IMG/VR virus record: IMGVR_UViG_3300002026_000021
Source: a virus
Direction: 5' to 3' (one strand)
DNA: 64,000 bases
Below are positions 1 to 9,408 of the stretch, in pieces. The notes under the pieces are model-generated. The model was not told the origin of the DNA, ran no database searches, and worked only from the letters and a program-made list of their open reading frames with translations. The position numbers and the translations under genes are program-made. Numbering within the stretch: position 1 is the stretch's first letter; every line of letters begins with the position of its first letter.

Positions 1-1189
1 GAAATGACCTAATTACTTCTGGTGTACTTAAATATCCTTTTTGTTGTTTTAACTTCCTTAAATAATACTTAGTTAATTCCTCATATAACTCTCTATGGTT
101 TTTATCCATATCAATATATAAAGTATGCTCGTGATTAGGAGGTAATACTAATACATCTGAAGCTAATCTTCTAGCACAATTATTCTTAACAATAGCTTGT
201 AATTCTGGTAACTTCTCTGGTTTAAAGGAATCTAAAACATATTGAGAATATTTAGTACCGACATTACCATAATAAGAACACCACTCATTATAATTATAAC
301 CTTTTACTAGATACTCATCTAAGAATCGTAATTGTGAATAATACTTTTCTTCAGTATCAGCAGGAGTTCCAGTGAGTAAATACCTATAATAAAACTTCTC
401 TTTAATTAAATTAATAACATTAGTTTGACGAGAACTATGAGTACTAATATTATGAGATTCATCTAAAACAATAATACCTACTTTTGAGTCAAGCCAATTA
501 TCAATAGGAATAGGAGTTGACCTATATGCCTTTGTAATTCTTTTTCCTTTATCTCTATCCTTTTGATACTCATCAGATATTAATAAGAATGAACGGTAAT
601 TACAAATAATAACATCAGCATTAGAATCAAAAGGTCTACGATTATGTTTATTACCTACTACTATTTTATTCTTATCTATATTAGTAAACTGTTCAAACTT
701 CTCTTTAGTATCATACACACCAGAGTTAGATGTTATATATAGAACCTTTTTAGCTAGATTACGCTTAAACAATAAATGTATTGCAGAAAGGATTATGTAT
801 GATTTACCAGTACCTACATCTAAGAATAATGCAAATCTATTCCTATTTAATGTTCTTTGTAAGTCCTCATATTGATAATTCTCATAAGGATGTTTACCTT
901 CAATTTGTTTGTATTTTAACTCTGATTCATCATAGGTAATTCTATTTAAAACTATCTGTGTTGGTGGGCATAATAACATTTCTATATCAGTAGGGTTAAT
1001 AATATCAATAATATCTAACTCTTGTAGTTCTTCTAATAGTAATGCATAATTAGAAATAGGTACTATCCACTCTTTAGTATCAGGGGAATACCTACAATGA
1101 TACTTTTTCAAAGTTTCAATAGTAGTAGTAAACTCTTTACTGAATGAGATTGTTACATATATCTTATCTTTACCAACTATGCGTATCAT
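1..1189 (-). CDS. SNF2/DEAD-like superfamily-2 helicase, N-terminal part (C-terminus runs off the left edge)
   Basis: Manual translation of the minus frame from ATG at 1187-1189 (MIRIVGKDKIYV...). Walker A-like DVGTGKS, motif II VLDESH, motif III LLTGTPA. No stop before position 1. Not in the ORF track because it is incomplete. Confidence 0.6.
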   Translation of the reverse strand, partial: MIRIVGKDKIYVTISFSKEFTTTIETLKKYHCRYSPDTKEWIVPISNYALLLEELQELDIIDIINPTDIEMLLCPPTQIVLNRITYDESELKYKQIEGKHPYENYQYEDLQRTLNRNRFALFLDVGTGKSYIILSAIHLLFKRNLAKKVLYITSNSGVYDTKEKFEQFTNIDKNKIVVGNKHNRRPFDSNADVIICNYRSFLLISDEYQKDRDKGKRITKAYRSTPIPIDNWLDSKVGIIVLDESHNISTHSSRQTNVINLIKEKFYYRYLLTGTPADTEEKYYSQLRFLDEYLVKGYNYNEWCSYYGNVGTKYSQYVLDSFKPEKLPELQAIVKNNCARRLASDVLVLPPNHEHTLYIDMDKNHRELYEELTKYYLRKLKQQKGYLSTPEVIRSF

Positions 1190-1194
1190 TATTT

Positions 1195-1953
1195 CTATTC
1201 TTCTCTTTTTTTAATAGTATCTAAAATTCTTTTATTTCCTATAGAAAAATAATTTTTATCCATTTCAAATCCTATATAATTTCTTTTTAATTCTATACAA
1301 GCAATTGCTGTTGTAGCTGACCCCATACAGTTATCTAACACAAGCATATTTTCTTCTGTATATGTAGAAACTAAATACTTTATAAGATCAAGGGGCTTTT
1401 GTGTTGGATGTAGATTTGAAGATAAGCAATCTCTTTTAAAGGAGAGTAACTGAGTTGGGTATCTTGTTCCGTCATCTACATACTGATTAGGTTTTTTTGA
1501 CTTATCATCTATTATTTTTCCTAATTTTCCATTTTTAATTTTATTAGATCGTAATGGACCTGTATGAATACTTTTTTGAGGGATATACATACAGGGATTT
1601 TTATAAAAAACTGAAATAGTTTCAATAGTCTTTCCTGGCCTTTTTTTAATTTGCATGACATTTGTGGGTCGTTCTTTTTGCCAATACCAATCATACTTAA
1701 AATCTTTTAAATTAGACAGTCTTAGTAAACTAGAAAAAGGTTCTTGTCCAAATAATACAATTGGACAATTATCCTTTGCTATTCTATAATATTGTTCCCA
1801 TAATTTGTCAAAAGGGATTATAATATCCCATGAACATTTTGTTGTACCATATGGAAGATCACAAATAATTGCATCTATAGATTTATCATCTATTTTTTGC
1901 ATTCCAATTAGGCAATCTTCCATATATATTTTATTTACTTCTAGCAAATTCAA
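1195..1953 (-). CDS. DNA N6-adenine/N4-cytosine methyltransferase (beta-class: motif IV precedes motif I)
   Basis: DLPYG (DPPY-like motif IV) near the N-terminus; VLDNCMGSATT (FxGxG motif I) near the C-terminus. Confidence 0.7.
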   Translation of the reverse strand: MNLLEVNKIYMEDCLIGMQKIDDKSIDAIICDLPYGTTKCSWDIIIPFDKLWEQYYRIAKDNCPIVLFGQEPFSSLLRLSNLKDFKYDWYWQKERPTNVMQIKKRPGKTIETISVFYKNPCMYIPQKSIHTGPLRSNKIKNGKLGKIIDDKSKKPNQYVDDGTRYPTQLLSFKRDCLSSNLHPTQKPLDLIKYLVSTYTEENMLVLDNCMGSATTAIACIELKRNYIGFEMDKNYFSIGNKRILDTIKKREE

Positions 1954-2464
1954 AAACCTCCGGGTGTGAATAATCTTTAATACAATAAGTATTTAAGAAG
2001 TGTTTAACATTATTTCCAGTTATAAAAAGTTGTCCTTCATTACCAGCATTTTTGTAATGTTGGTAACCCAAATAATTTAATTTTTTATCTGATTGAAGCT
2101 TACTCTTAGAAATTTTCATCAACTTAATAACTTCATCAAAGAGTAAGTAACAATAGAAATCATCACTTTCCGCTAATCGAATTTGTTGAAAGTTACATAG
2201 AAACTTTGTTTTTTCAATTTCTTTAATACTCATTAATTTTTTAGTATTAAGCAGTTTCTCTAAATATTTTTCTTTCTTGGTTTTAAGGATAGGTCGAGAA
2301 CATTTAACAGATATATTTTTTTTTCCTTTTTTTAAGGAAGTATGGCGGGATTCTCCTTCTGTCATATTATATTTTTCCTTAGTAAAATCATCAAAAAGTT
2401 TGTTAATTTTTTTTCCAGCCATAGTAGTAAGACCTGTCTTAAACACTTCTTCAGTCATTTTCAT
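1931..2464 (-). CDS. hypothetical protein (177 aa, basic)
   Basis: ORF tiled on the same strand as its neighbours; no recognisable motif. Confidence 0.5.
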   Translation of the reverse strand: MKMTEEVFKTGLTTMAGKKINKLFDDFTKEKYNMTEGESRHTSLKKGKKNISVKCSRPILKTKKEKYLEKLLNTKKLMSIKEIEKTKFLCNFQQIRLAESDDFYCYLLFDEVIKLMKISKSKLQSDKKLNYLGYQHYKNAGNEGQLFITGNNVKHFLNTYCIKDYSHPEVFEFARSK

Positions 2465-2582
2465 ATTGAACTCCTAATAAAAATTTAGATATCTAATCTA
2501 TATCTATATCTAGAGTATACACTATATTAGTAAGAATGTCAAGCACTATTTATATCCTTTTTACAAAGAAATTTGAATCATT

Positions 2583-3431
2583 CTAGGCACTTTGTTTAGC
2601 ATTTGAGGTTATTTCACTCAGATACTCTTTTGCGTTCGTTCCTGACTTATAATACTCACCTAACTTAGGGTCAGCAATATGGAAGTCTATAGTTAGTGGT
2701 ATTCCTAATTGCCATTCTTCTTTAATTTCAAATATTTCATATACTTTAAGAATTACTTTAATTAATTCAGGTCTATATAAGTAGAAATCAGCAGAGTCAT
2801 GAGTCATAGACCAAATACGAGACTTTAGTCCTGAACGCCTTGCCCATCTATTAAACTTAACAATAGCTGGCATAATAGTTCCAATAGCTTCTAATGACTG
2901 TATCTCAGAATTAGCACCAATATTAACCATACCAGATATTTCTTTATAATCATCATCAGTACCACTTAACATTAATAATGGTAATCGTCTAATAACTCCA
3001 TGATGAGTACGAGTATATCCACATTCTTTAACAATATTCTTATTTCTTTCTATACGCTCTAATAAACCTGGGTAACTCTTAAAGAAGGAAGTTCTAATAA
3101 AGGTAGCACAAGTTAAATAATCTATTGATTCAAAAGGAATAGGTTTATTACGTTTAGTAAAGCTATCAATAATAGAATCCTTTAATGACTCTAATTTATT
3201 TGTAGTAATAAAACTTTCAGCTTGGTTTAAAGACCACATAGGCTCTAATGAGTTCATCATAAAGGTCCAAGGAGATGCCCCGAATAATAATGAGAAATTA
3301 GCTGATTTAGCAATATTTCTAATATCCTCGAAAGGCATTAGTTTCTTTAACTTCTTGAACTCTTTATCATCTTTTAATGGCCTAGTTATCTTTCTAACTG
3401 TCATTTTTCCCACCAATAATAACTTTATCAA
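2583..3431 (-). CDS. family-A DNA polymerase, C-terminal (fingers/palm) fragment carrying motifs B and C
   Basis: RNIAKSANFSLLFGAS matches PolA motif B (RRxAKxxNFGxxYG); MTHDSADF matches motif C (VHDE). Complements the N-terminal half at 43819-45867. Confidence 0.65.
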   Translation of the reverse strand: MIKLLLVGKMTVRKITRPLKDDKEFKKLKKLMPFEDIRNIAKSANFSLLFGASPWTFMMNSLEPMWSLNQAESFITTNKLESLKDSIIDSFTKRNKPIPFESIDYLTCATFIRTSFFKSYPGLLERIERNKNIVKECGYTRTHHGVIRRLPLLMLSGTDDDYKEISGMVNIGANSEIQSLEAIGTIMPAIVKFNRWARRSGLKSRIWSMTHDSADFYLYRPELIKVILKVYEIFEIKEEWQLGIPLTIDFHIADPKLGEYYKSGTNAKEYLSEITSNAKQSA

Positions 3432-3626
3432 AAAATCCAGAATCCCTAATATAATTATAACTTACTGCTGGTATCATAAACCAAGATACTAAGAATGAGA
3501 AAATAAATGTAGAAATAATATCTCCTAATGTCATTTCTACTAATGAAAAATAATCAAATAGTAAAGAGAACATACATCCAAAGAATACACCAGAGAGATA
3601 TATTAAAAACAATATGTCTTGAAACA

Positions 3627-4439
3627 TCATTTATCTAATCCTGTTAGTTCTAAGAATCTTGGTAGTTCATTACACATTTTAATAAAACCTAACTGCCAAT
3701 CTTCAAAAAGTTTATGTGACTTTCTTTGATTATACATAGTCTTTAATGATAAATAATTTGACTTTACTGTCATCCATAGTTCAAACCCTGATGGTAATGA
3801 AGAACGTAATCTCATAAATGCTTCATACTTAGCTTGTTCTAATTCTTTCTTAGTATATTTATCTAAACAATCATTAGAATAAGTAACACCATCATCATTA
3901 AGTTCCATAAACTCTAAGTAATTATAGTATTGAATTAACTCTTTAACAATAGCAATTGAACGAGGGTCTACATACTTATTAAACATCTTATCAAAATTCT
4001 CATCTGAAGCCATTGTAGTTAGTTTATGCATGGTAGATTGAGAAGAAATAATTTGATTAAAATGATATCGTTGGAACTCAGGTGACCAGTATAATGGATA
4101 CTTAACATCAAAGTAAACGTCAATTCCTGATAGAAAGTTATCATGGCCTGACCCAGTTTCCGCTGAACCCAATGATTTAGCTCTACGATTATCTTTATCA
4201 AACTTTTGAGCATTATGCATATCATAACCTTCAGTAGTATTAATGGTTCCTACTGTCATCGGATTTCCAGAAGCTCGAATACTTCTCTCTAATCCAAAAA
4301 CTTCAATATTTGTTATCTCTAACACTTCTGTTTCTCCATATGAATAATTATTTTTCTTAGTCTTTGTATCTCTACACATAGAGTATATACATATTCTTCT
4401 AATTTGGCTATAGGAATTTGTTCTAAAGAATATAAACAT
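3627..4439 (-). CDS. hypothetical protein (270 aa)
   Basis: ORF in track; the SGHDNFLSG / QRYHFNQIISSQSTMH segments were compared with the ThyX motif but do not match convincingly. Confidence 0.5.
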   Translation of the reverse strand: MFIFFRTNSYSQIRRICIYSMCRDTKTKKNNYSYGETEVLEITNIEVFGLERSIRASGNPMTVGTINTTEGYDMHNAQKFDKDNRRAKSLGSAETGSGHDNFLSGIDVYFDVKYPLYWSPEFQRYHFNQIISSQSTMHKLTTMASDENFDKMFNKYVDPRSIAIVKELIQYYNYLEFMELNDDGVTYSNDCLDKYTKKELEQAKYEAFMRLRSSLPSGFELWMTVKSNYLSLKTMYNQRKSHKLFEDWQLGFIKMCNELPRFLELTGLDK

Positions 4440-4469
4440 TCTTCAATTACTTTATCAATATCCTTAGTA

Positions 4470-5024
4470 TCAGTCATTTCTATTCCTTAAATACTCTTCT
4501 AATTCTTCTTTAGAATATCTATCTAACTCAGGATATGTCTTAATATTTCTAATAAAAGGTATTGATTCTAATTTTTTGAAATATTTAAAATCATCGTCGT
4601 TTATTGGAATTTTTCCTTCTATCCAAAAATAAGTATTAATCCCATCCCCTTCGGAATGATAATGAGTAACTTTTAGATTGAACTCTTTAGTTTCCTCGTT
4701 TCTAATTCTTAAATTAACTTCTGATGCCCATTGAGGAACTATTGCTATAAAATCATAACCTGCTATTGGTGGTTGTTTTGTTAATCCATACCAACCGTGC
4801 CTAGCAGTAATCTTTAATTCACGAAAATCAAATCCAATAGGGAGTTCTCCATTTTTAGTAAACCCTATAATTCTATTACCAACTCTCTTATAAGTTCCTG
4901 AATGATAAGTAATAGGACCACTTTCAAACTGCATTATTTTCCTCCTTAATAAAGTAAGTAATAAAAATACCATGCTTATTCTTAACTGTTTCTGACTTAG
5001 AGTATATACTTCCATTTGACTCAT
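4470..5024 (-). CDS. hypothetical protein (184 aa)
   Basis: ORF in track; same-strand tiling. Confidence 0.5.
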   Translation of the reverse strand: MSQMEVYTLSQKQLRISMVFLLLTLLRRKIMQFESGPITYHSGTYKRVGNRIIGFTKNGELPIGFDFRELKITARHGWYGLTKQPPIAGYDFIAIVPQWASEVNLRIRNEETKEFNLKVTHYHSEGDGINTYFWIEGKIPINDDDFKYFKKLESIPFIRNIKTYPELDRYSKEELEEYLRNRND

Positions 5025-5153
5025 AATCTAATTCTTTACTAATAACACTATGTAAAGTACAGGGTATAATCTGAGTTATAACAACTAAAGGATGTGCTAA
5101 TTGCCATTTCTCGAATTCTTTAGAACTATTAAAAGTCTGATACTTTATTATTA

Positions 5154-5534
5154 TCATAATAATTCTCCTTTATCAGTATTTTGCTTAACAGCTTTAGCTA
5201 ACCAAACTTCTTCCTTATCCTTAACGCCGTAATCACCTTCTACACTTATATCAGAGGAATAATTATTAGCTTTTAAATAATTCTTTAGTTCTAATTCTGA
5301 CTCAAAAAACTTAGTTATTTCTTCTTCATCTTTCTCACAGAGTACACAATTACAGTCATGTTCAATAACCATATAAACTTTAATACCCTTAGATGATATA
5401 AAAGCATAATTATTATTACTAAGAATATCAGCATAACCTCCATTCTTTTTATTATAATGAAAATAAGCTAATATAGGTTCAGCAATCCAATTAATATTCT
5501 TATCAGTAATTTCTATTAGATATTTATCTTGCAT
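5154..5534 (-). CDS. hypothetical protein (126 aa)
   Basis: ORF in track. Confidence 0.5.
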   Translation of the reverse strand: MQDKYLIEITDKNINWIAEPILAYFHYNKKNGGYADILSNNNYAFISSKGIKVYMVIEHDCNCVLCEKDEEEITKFFESELELKNYLKANNYSSDISVEGDYGVKDKEEVWLAKAVKQNTDKGELL

Positions 5535-6415
5535 TATACCCCCCTTATTTTTTCACCAGAACTTAAATCAAATAATGATAAGAATCGAGTCATAAAATCC
5601 CTTCGCTCTATATTAATATATTCATTAGCAGATTCTAAGGTTGTATGGTATGATGGATAATCCTCATGACTAAAAGTATCACACATTACTGCCATATACT
5701 TAAAACCATCATTAACACCACTATTAAAATACTCTTGAGTTTCCTGATTATAGTCTTTAATAGTAGAAGTATTAATAGCTTTTGTTTCTAATACTTTTTT
5801 ATCAAGTAAATCTTTAAGAATTTTAGTCTTATCAATGTAATCCCAATTATCAGGTTTTATACTCATTGCGAACTCTACTTCTGGATATGACCATAATTGC
5901 CATGAATGTAATTCTATATTAACATTAAGTCTCTTACCATTAGGAATATCCCCATTCATATTTAATTTATCCCATTTATTATAAGTATTATCTTTATAAT
6001 GAATATGCCCATGTAATTGCCAAGAATTATAATGAGATTTATTCCAACATAGCATAGGATAATGACATAGAGTAATTGCTTGTTTATTTACTTCCATATC
6101 CTTTATCATTGATACAGACTTTAATGCTGAATGTATATATCCATTAGGAACTTTATCATGGTTCCCTAATACCCAATGGAAGTTAACACGCTTGGATTTA
6201 AACTTATTAAAGAAAATATCTAAATCTTCTTTCTTAGAATTCCATCTTAAATCACCTACATAGAATAAATTATCTCCTGGCTTTAATACTTCAAAAGCAT
6301 TATCAATAATCTTTTCTTCTAGTTCTTTATGAGTAACATATCCTTTACGAGCTTCAAATCGTAATGACCTTTCATGATCTAAATGCCAGTCTGAAGTAAA
6401 ATATGCGTCATTCAT
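5534..6415 (-). CDS. calcineurin-like metallophosphoesterase
   Basis: SDWHLDH, YVGDLRWN, GNHDK and HGHIH match phosphoesterase motifs I-V. Confidence 0.7.
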   Translation of the reverse strand: MNDAYFTSDWHLDHERSLRFEARKGYVTHKELEEKIIDNAFEVLKPGDNLFYVGDLRWNSKKEDLDIFFNKFKSKRVNFHWVLGNHDKVPNGYIHSALKSVSMIKDMEVNKQAITLCHYPMLCWNKSHYNSWQLHGHIHYKDNTYNKWDKLNMNGDIPNGKRLNVNIELHSWQLWSYPEVEFAMSIKPDNWDYIDKTKILKDLLDKKVLETKAINTSTIKDYNQETQEYFNSGVNDGFKYMAVMCDTFSHEDYPSYHTTLESANEYINIERRDFMTRFLSLFDLSSGEKIRGV

Positions 6416-6765
6416 TTAATATTAACCCCATATCCACCAGTTATTAATGTATATAATTTTTCATCAGAATCCAAATCAATAGGAATATCATCAATATAAA
6501 TTTCCATTTTCTTTAATCCCATTTCACAATCCCAAACGTAATATTGAATCCAAGTATCCTTAACTTCATATTTTTCTTCTAATAGAGTAATATATGCGTC
6601 TAATAGAAATGCTCCTACTTCAATAGGGCATTGATTACTTCCAGTAATTAATTCTAATCCTTTATTAGCATTATCATACTGGTAATTATACTTTCTAATC
6701 TGATTCATCTCTGATATAAACATTTCTAATGATTTTACCATATTATTCTCCTTAATAGTTATCAA
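6412..6765 (-). CDS. hypothetical protein (117 aa)
   Basis: ORF in track; overlaps its neighbour by 4 nt. Confidence 0.5.
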   Translation of the reverse strand: MITIKENNMVKSLEMFISEMNQIRKYNYQYDNANKGLELITGSNQCPIEVGAFLLDAYITLLEEKYEVKDTWIQYYVWDCEMGLKKMEIYIDDIPIDLDSDEKLYTLITGGYGVNIK

Positions 6766-7039
6766 AATTCCAAGGTGCTTTTCTACTTTTTTGTAATTTT
6801 ATTACAAAGTAAATAAAGGTAATTGGCCCCATTAATAACCCAATTTCATGGTCTTTATATGAACGAGTACTACCAATACCTGTAGTCCAAATAGTAAGAT
6901 TATCCTCATTTTTCATTACTTTTCGTAATCCTGAAATTCCAATAAACTTTCTATAATCAGATTCTGAGGCCACAAGAAACCATCTGATTAATAATGCACA
7001 ACAATACAAAGTTATTAAGAAACTTAATAAGAATACCAT
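6752..7039 (-). CDS. small membrane protein (95 aa)
   Basis: Two hydrophobic segments (LLSFLITLYCCALLI; LLMGPITFIYFVI). Confidence 0.45.
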   Translation of the reverse strand: MVFLLSFLITLYCCALLIRWFLVASESDYRKFIGISGLRKVMKNEDNLTIWTTGIGSTRSYKDHEIGLLMGPITFIYFVIKLQKSRKAPWNFDNY

Positions 7040-8122
7040 TTAAAACTCCTTATGACAATTTGTCACACTAAACGTAGGACAATTTCTACAATGTTTACTA
7101 TAAATGCAATTACAATTTGCTGATGAAGGAATTAGTTTTAATCTAAATTCTTCTACTCTAGGATGATGCCAGACTGAATCAAAATCATCATAATCATTAA
7201 CAGGAATTCCTGATTCCCATCCTACCTCCCCTTCAGTAAAAGAACAAGGAAAAAACTCACCATCAGCATTAATATAAGAAGAGAATAATGTTGATTCACA
7301 AGGTTCTCCTACATTAGAAATATAATCAAATTGATTAATATCAAATGACTTAAATACAATAGGTGCTGAACAAGAATCAAATCCTAAGTTCAATGATTTT
7401 GATTTAGCATACTCCATTAACTTTCTATACTTATCAATATCAGTAACTGAATGAAACTTACCAGCATTCCTTCCTTTAGGCTTATATGCTAATAACACTA
7501 ATGCATTTAAATTCTTAGTTCTACTGTCTGTAGTTAATTCATCAATTAAATCAAAAGTATCTGAATAATATTCATCCATTAAAACATGATGAACATTGAC
7601 TTGCTTCATACCAGCAGTAGTTAATTTCTGAATAGCATTAAAGGCTACTTCCTTATCGTGAATTGATACGGCTGTGGCACCGCATAATCTTACAGTTTCC
7701 TTAACAGCATTATCATCTAAGTCAAATCCTGATGTAGTATAATTAGGAATTACACCGTGTTCCCTACTGAACTCCATCATATGAAAAAAGTCAGGATTAG
7801 AATAGATATCAGTAATTCCGAACGCTATTTGAGTTAATAATTTCTTTTTAGTTATCTTATTAAAGATACTAACGAATGTATCGAATGTCATGTTGACTGA
7901 AGGCCCAGACCCATTAGCTTTATAACAAAAAGCACAAGCTTGGGAACAGGGACCATATGAAATTTCTAAGTCTAAAATTTCAGGAGCAGGAGCTAAGTTA
8001 GGGTCTTCTTCCTTAGTTGAACCCCATCGTTGAAATACTCCTGTAGTCTTATCAAAATTAAAATTGTACTTATGACTCCTGACTACCTTAACTTTATCAT
8101 CCTCTTTAACAATAACCCGCAT
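7040..8122 (-). CDS. radical SAM enzyme with C-terminal Cys-rich (SPASM-like) region
   Basis: CSQACAFC is the CxxxCxxC radical-SAM cluster motif; C-terminal CNCIYSKHCRNCPTFSVTNC. Confidence 0.65.
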   Translation of the reverse strand: MRVIVKEDDKVKVVRSHKYNFNFDKTTGVFQRWGSTKEEDPNLAPAPEILDLEISYGPCSQACAFCYKANGSGPSVNMTFDTFVSIFNKITKKKLLTQIAFGITDIYSNPDFFHMMEFSREHGVIPNYTTSGFDLDDNAVKETVRLCGATAVSIHDKEVAFNAIQKLTTAGMKQVNVHHVLMDEYYSDTFDLIDELTTDSRTKNLNALVLLAYKPKGRNAGKFHSVTDIDKYRKLMEYAKSKSLNLGFDSCSAPIVFKSFDINQFDYISNVGEPCESTLFSSYINADGEFFPCSFTEGEVGWESGIPVNDYDDFDSVWHHPRVEEFRLKLIPSSANCNCIYSKHCRNCPTFSVTNCHKEF

Positions 8123-8165
8123 ATTATCTCCTACTTAAAGTATATACTAAAAACATTTAATTGTC

Positions 8166-8197
8166 AATAAAAAACCTGAAATATTTCTACTTCAGGT
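8166..8197 (-). terminator. intrinsic terminator (duplicate of the 34527-34560 hairpin) followed on the minus strand by a TTGACA-N17-TATACT promoter (8138-8166)
   Basis: aaaaaaCCTGAAatatttctaCTTCAGGtttt. Confidence 0.6.
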
Positions 8198-8207
8198 TTT
8201 AATTTAA

Positions 8208-8717
8208 CTATAGCTTTAAACTCTTCAAAAACTCAGAATACGTTTTGAACTTCTCTTTCAGTTCTTTTAGTAAGGTACTTTCTTGTAAATTAAATTTATT
8301 ATAAACATAATTTACATATTCATTATCATAGAGCTTCTTTCTTCTTGCATTAAGCTTTTTAACCTCTGCAAAAACTTCTTCCTCGGTAATCTTATATGCT
8401 TCTGCTAAGTATCTTTTAATGTCAGGCTTAGAGCTAATTTCAAATTGACAAATAGGACAATAAGCTTCTTTAAGATAATCATCATCATACCTACTTTCGT
8501 CTTCTTCATCAATATCAGCACTAAGCATTAATTCATCAATACTCTGGTCATCGGTTTTGATAACTTCTTCATCACAGATAGTATGACCATTTTCACAATT
8601 AACAAATTCATACTCCCTATAATCATCACCATCATAAATTACTTCTGTTCTACCACAAATATCACAAACGAAGGATGATGATGAAGAGTTTGAAACGAAT
8701 CCTAATCTTGTTTTCAA
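8208..8717 (-). CDS. paralog 1 of the MKTRLGFVSNSSSSSF family (169 aa; Zn-ribbon CDICG..CPICQ)
   Basis: Identical 16-aa N-terminus shared with the ORFs at 8714, 9025 and 9409; divergent remainder. Confidence 0.6.
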   Translation of the reverse strand: MKTRLGFVSNSSSSSFVCDICGRTEVIYDGDDYREYEFVNCENGHTICDEEVIKTDDQSIDELMLSADIDEEDESRYDDDYLKEAYCPICQFEISSKPDIKRYLAEAYKITEEEVFAEVKKLNARRKKLYDNEYVNYVYNKFNLQESTLLKELKEKFKTYSEFLKSLKL

Positions 8718-9028
8718 TTATCTGTACCTCCATCTGTATACCAACTAATATCACTAATAGTAATAGTAAGTTCAGGGAATAATTTATTAATCTTTTCTAC
8801 AAGTTCTTCTTTAGTCTGTTTAATGGTTTTTTCCTCATCAATCTTTTCAGGATATACCCCTAAAAATAAGCCATCATAATCAGAGATACCATAAGAATAA
8901 TCAAATTCTTCATAATTATGGTAATCCATTTCATCAAACTTCTCTCGTTGTTCACCCGATAATGAAATTCCTAATAAACAGAATGAACTAGAACTACTAT
9001 TACTAACAAATCCTAATCGTGTTTTCAT
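8714..9028 (-). CDS. paralog 2 of the MKTRLGFVSNSSSSSF family (104 aa)
   Basis: Conserved N-terminus encoded with synonymous codon differences. Confidence 0.6.
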   Translation of the reverse strand: MKTRLGFVSNSSSSSFCLLGISLSGEQREKFDEMDYHNYEEFDYSYGISDYDGLFLGVYPEKIDEEKTIKQTKEELVEKINKLFPELTITISDISWYTDGGTDN

Positions 9029-9405
9029 TCTTCCTCCTCATCTAAATAATCTTCCTCAAATTCTTCATAATCGCCAGAACTCCATCTGTCATGATAATCA
9101 ACTTCAAAAGTATAAATCATATCCCCTGGCTCTAATGAATTAATTTCTTCTAATGTTAATGCTTCACCATTACCCTCATTTACTACTTTCTTTACTGCAT
9201 AAAATTCACAGTCTTGAAACTCTTTTCCTTTGTATTTAGTTTTAAACTTATCATCAAGTTCAAAGGCTTCTACACCTTCAGTAAGACTTGAACCAATAAA
9301 CCAAACTGATTTGTAATCATCAACATCTTCAAAACTAATTTCCTTACCTATTAATACGAATGAAGATGATGATGAATTAGAAACGAATCCTAATCGTGTT
9401 TTCAT
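9025..9405 (-). CDS. paralog 3 of the MKTRLGFVSNSSSSSF family (126 aa; highly acidic C-terminus)
   Basis: Conserved N-terminus; C-terminal DYEEFEEDYLDEEEE. Confidence 0.6.
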   Translation of the reverse strand: MKTRLGFVSNSSSSSFVLIGKEISFEDVDDYKSVWFIGSSLTEGVEAFELDDKFKTKYKGKEFQDCEFYAVKKVVNEGNGEALTLEEINSLEPGDMIYTFEVDYHDRWSSGDYEEFEEDYLDEEEE

Positions 9406-9408
9406 TAA

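Noticed and set aside
2277-2477. Small plus-strand ORFs embedded antisense within long minus-strand genes. Examples: 2277-2477, 4019-4225, 10946-11185, 12658-12861, 13677-13874, 15630-15812, 15851-16102, 16364-16582, 16630-16812, 19831-20079, 25008-25235, 25855-26079, 28664-28846, 29705-29965, 30077-30268, 30707-30922, 31795-31980, 32520-32705, 33011-33265, 35258-35449, 40322-40555, 40649-40900, 41440-41634, 42661-42918, 46853-47044, 47872-48135, 48381-48572, 49207-49512, 50392-50649, 52158-52370, 59849-60031 and 60380-60562.
   Set aside because: They overlap well-supported same-block genes on the opposite strand or in another frame, have low-complexity translations typical of AT-rich antisense frames, and lack promoters or SD sequences.
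3394-3630. The 78-aa hydrophobic ORF 3394-3630.
   Set aside because: It overlaps the start of the PolA C-terminal gene by 38 nt and may simply be an upstream extension frame. It was not listed as a feature.
3627-4439. Flavin-dependent thymidylate synthase (ThyX) assignment for the 270-aa protein, based on SGHDNFL and RYHFNQIISSQS.
   Set aside because: The diagnostic RHR-x7-8-S motif is not present (the sequence reads QRYHF). The similarity is too loose to call.
4924-5157. The 77-aa ORF 4924-5157.
   Set aside because: It overlaps the N-terminal 100 nt of ORF 4470-5024 in another frame. Which one is real cannot be decided without codon statistics. Only the longer ORF was kept.
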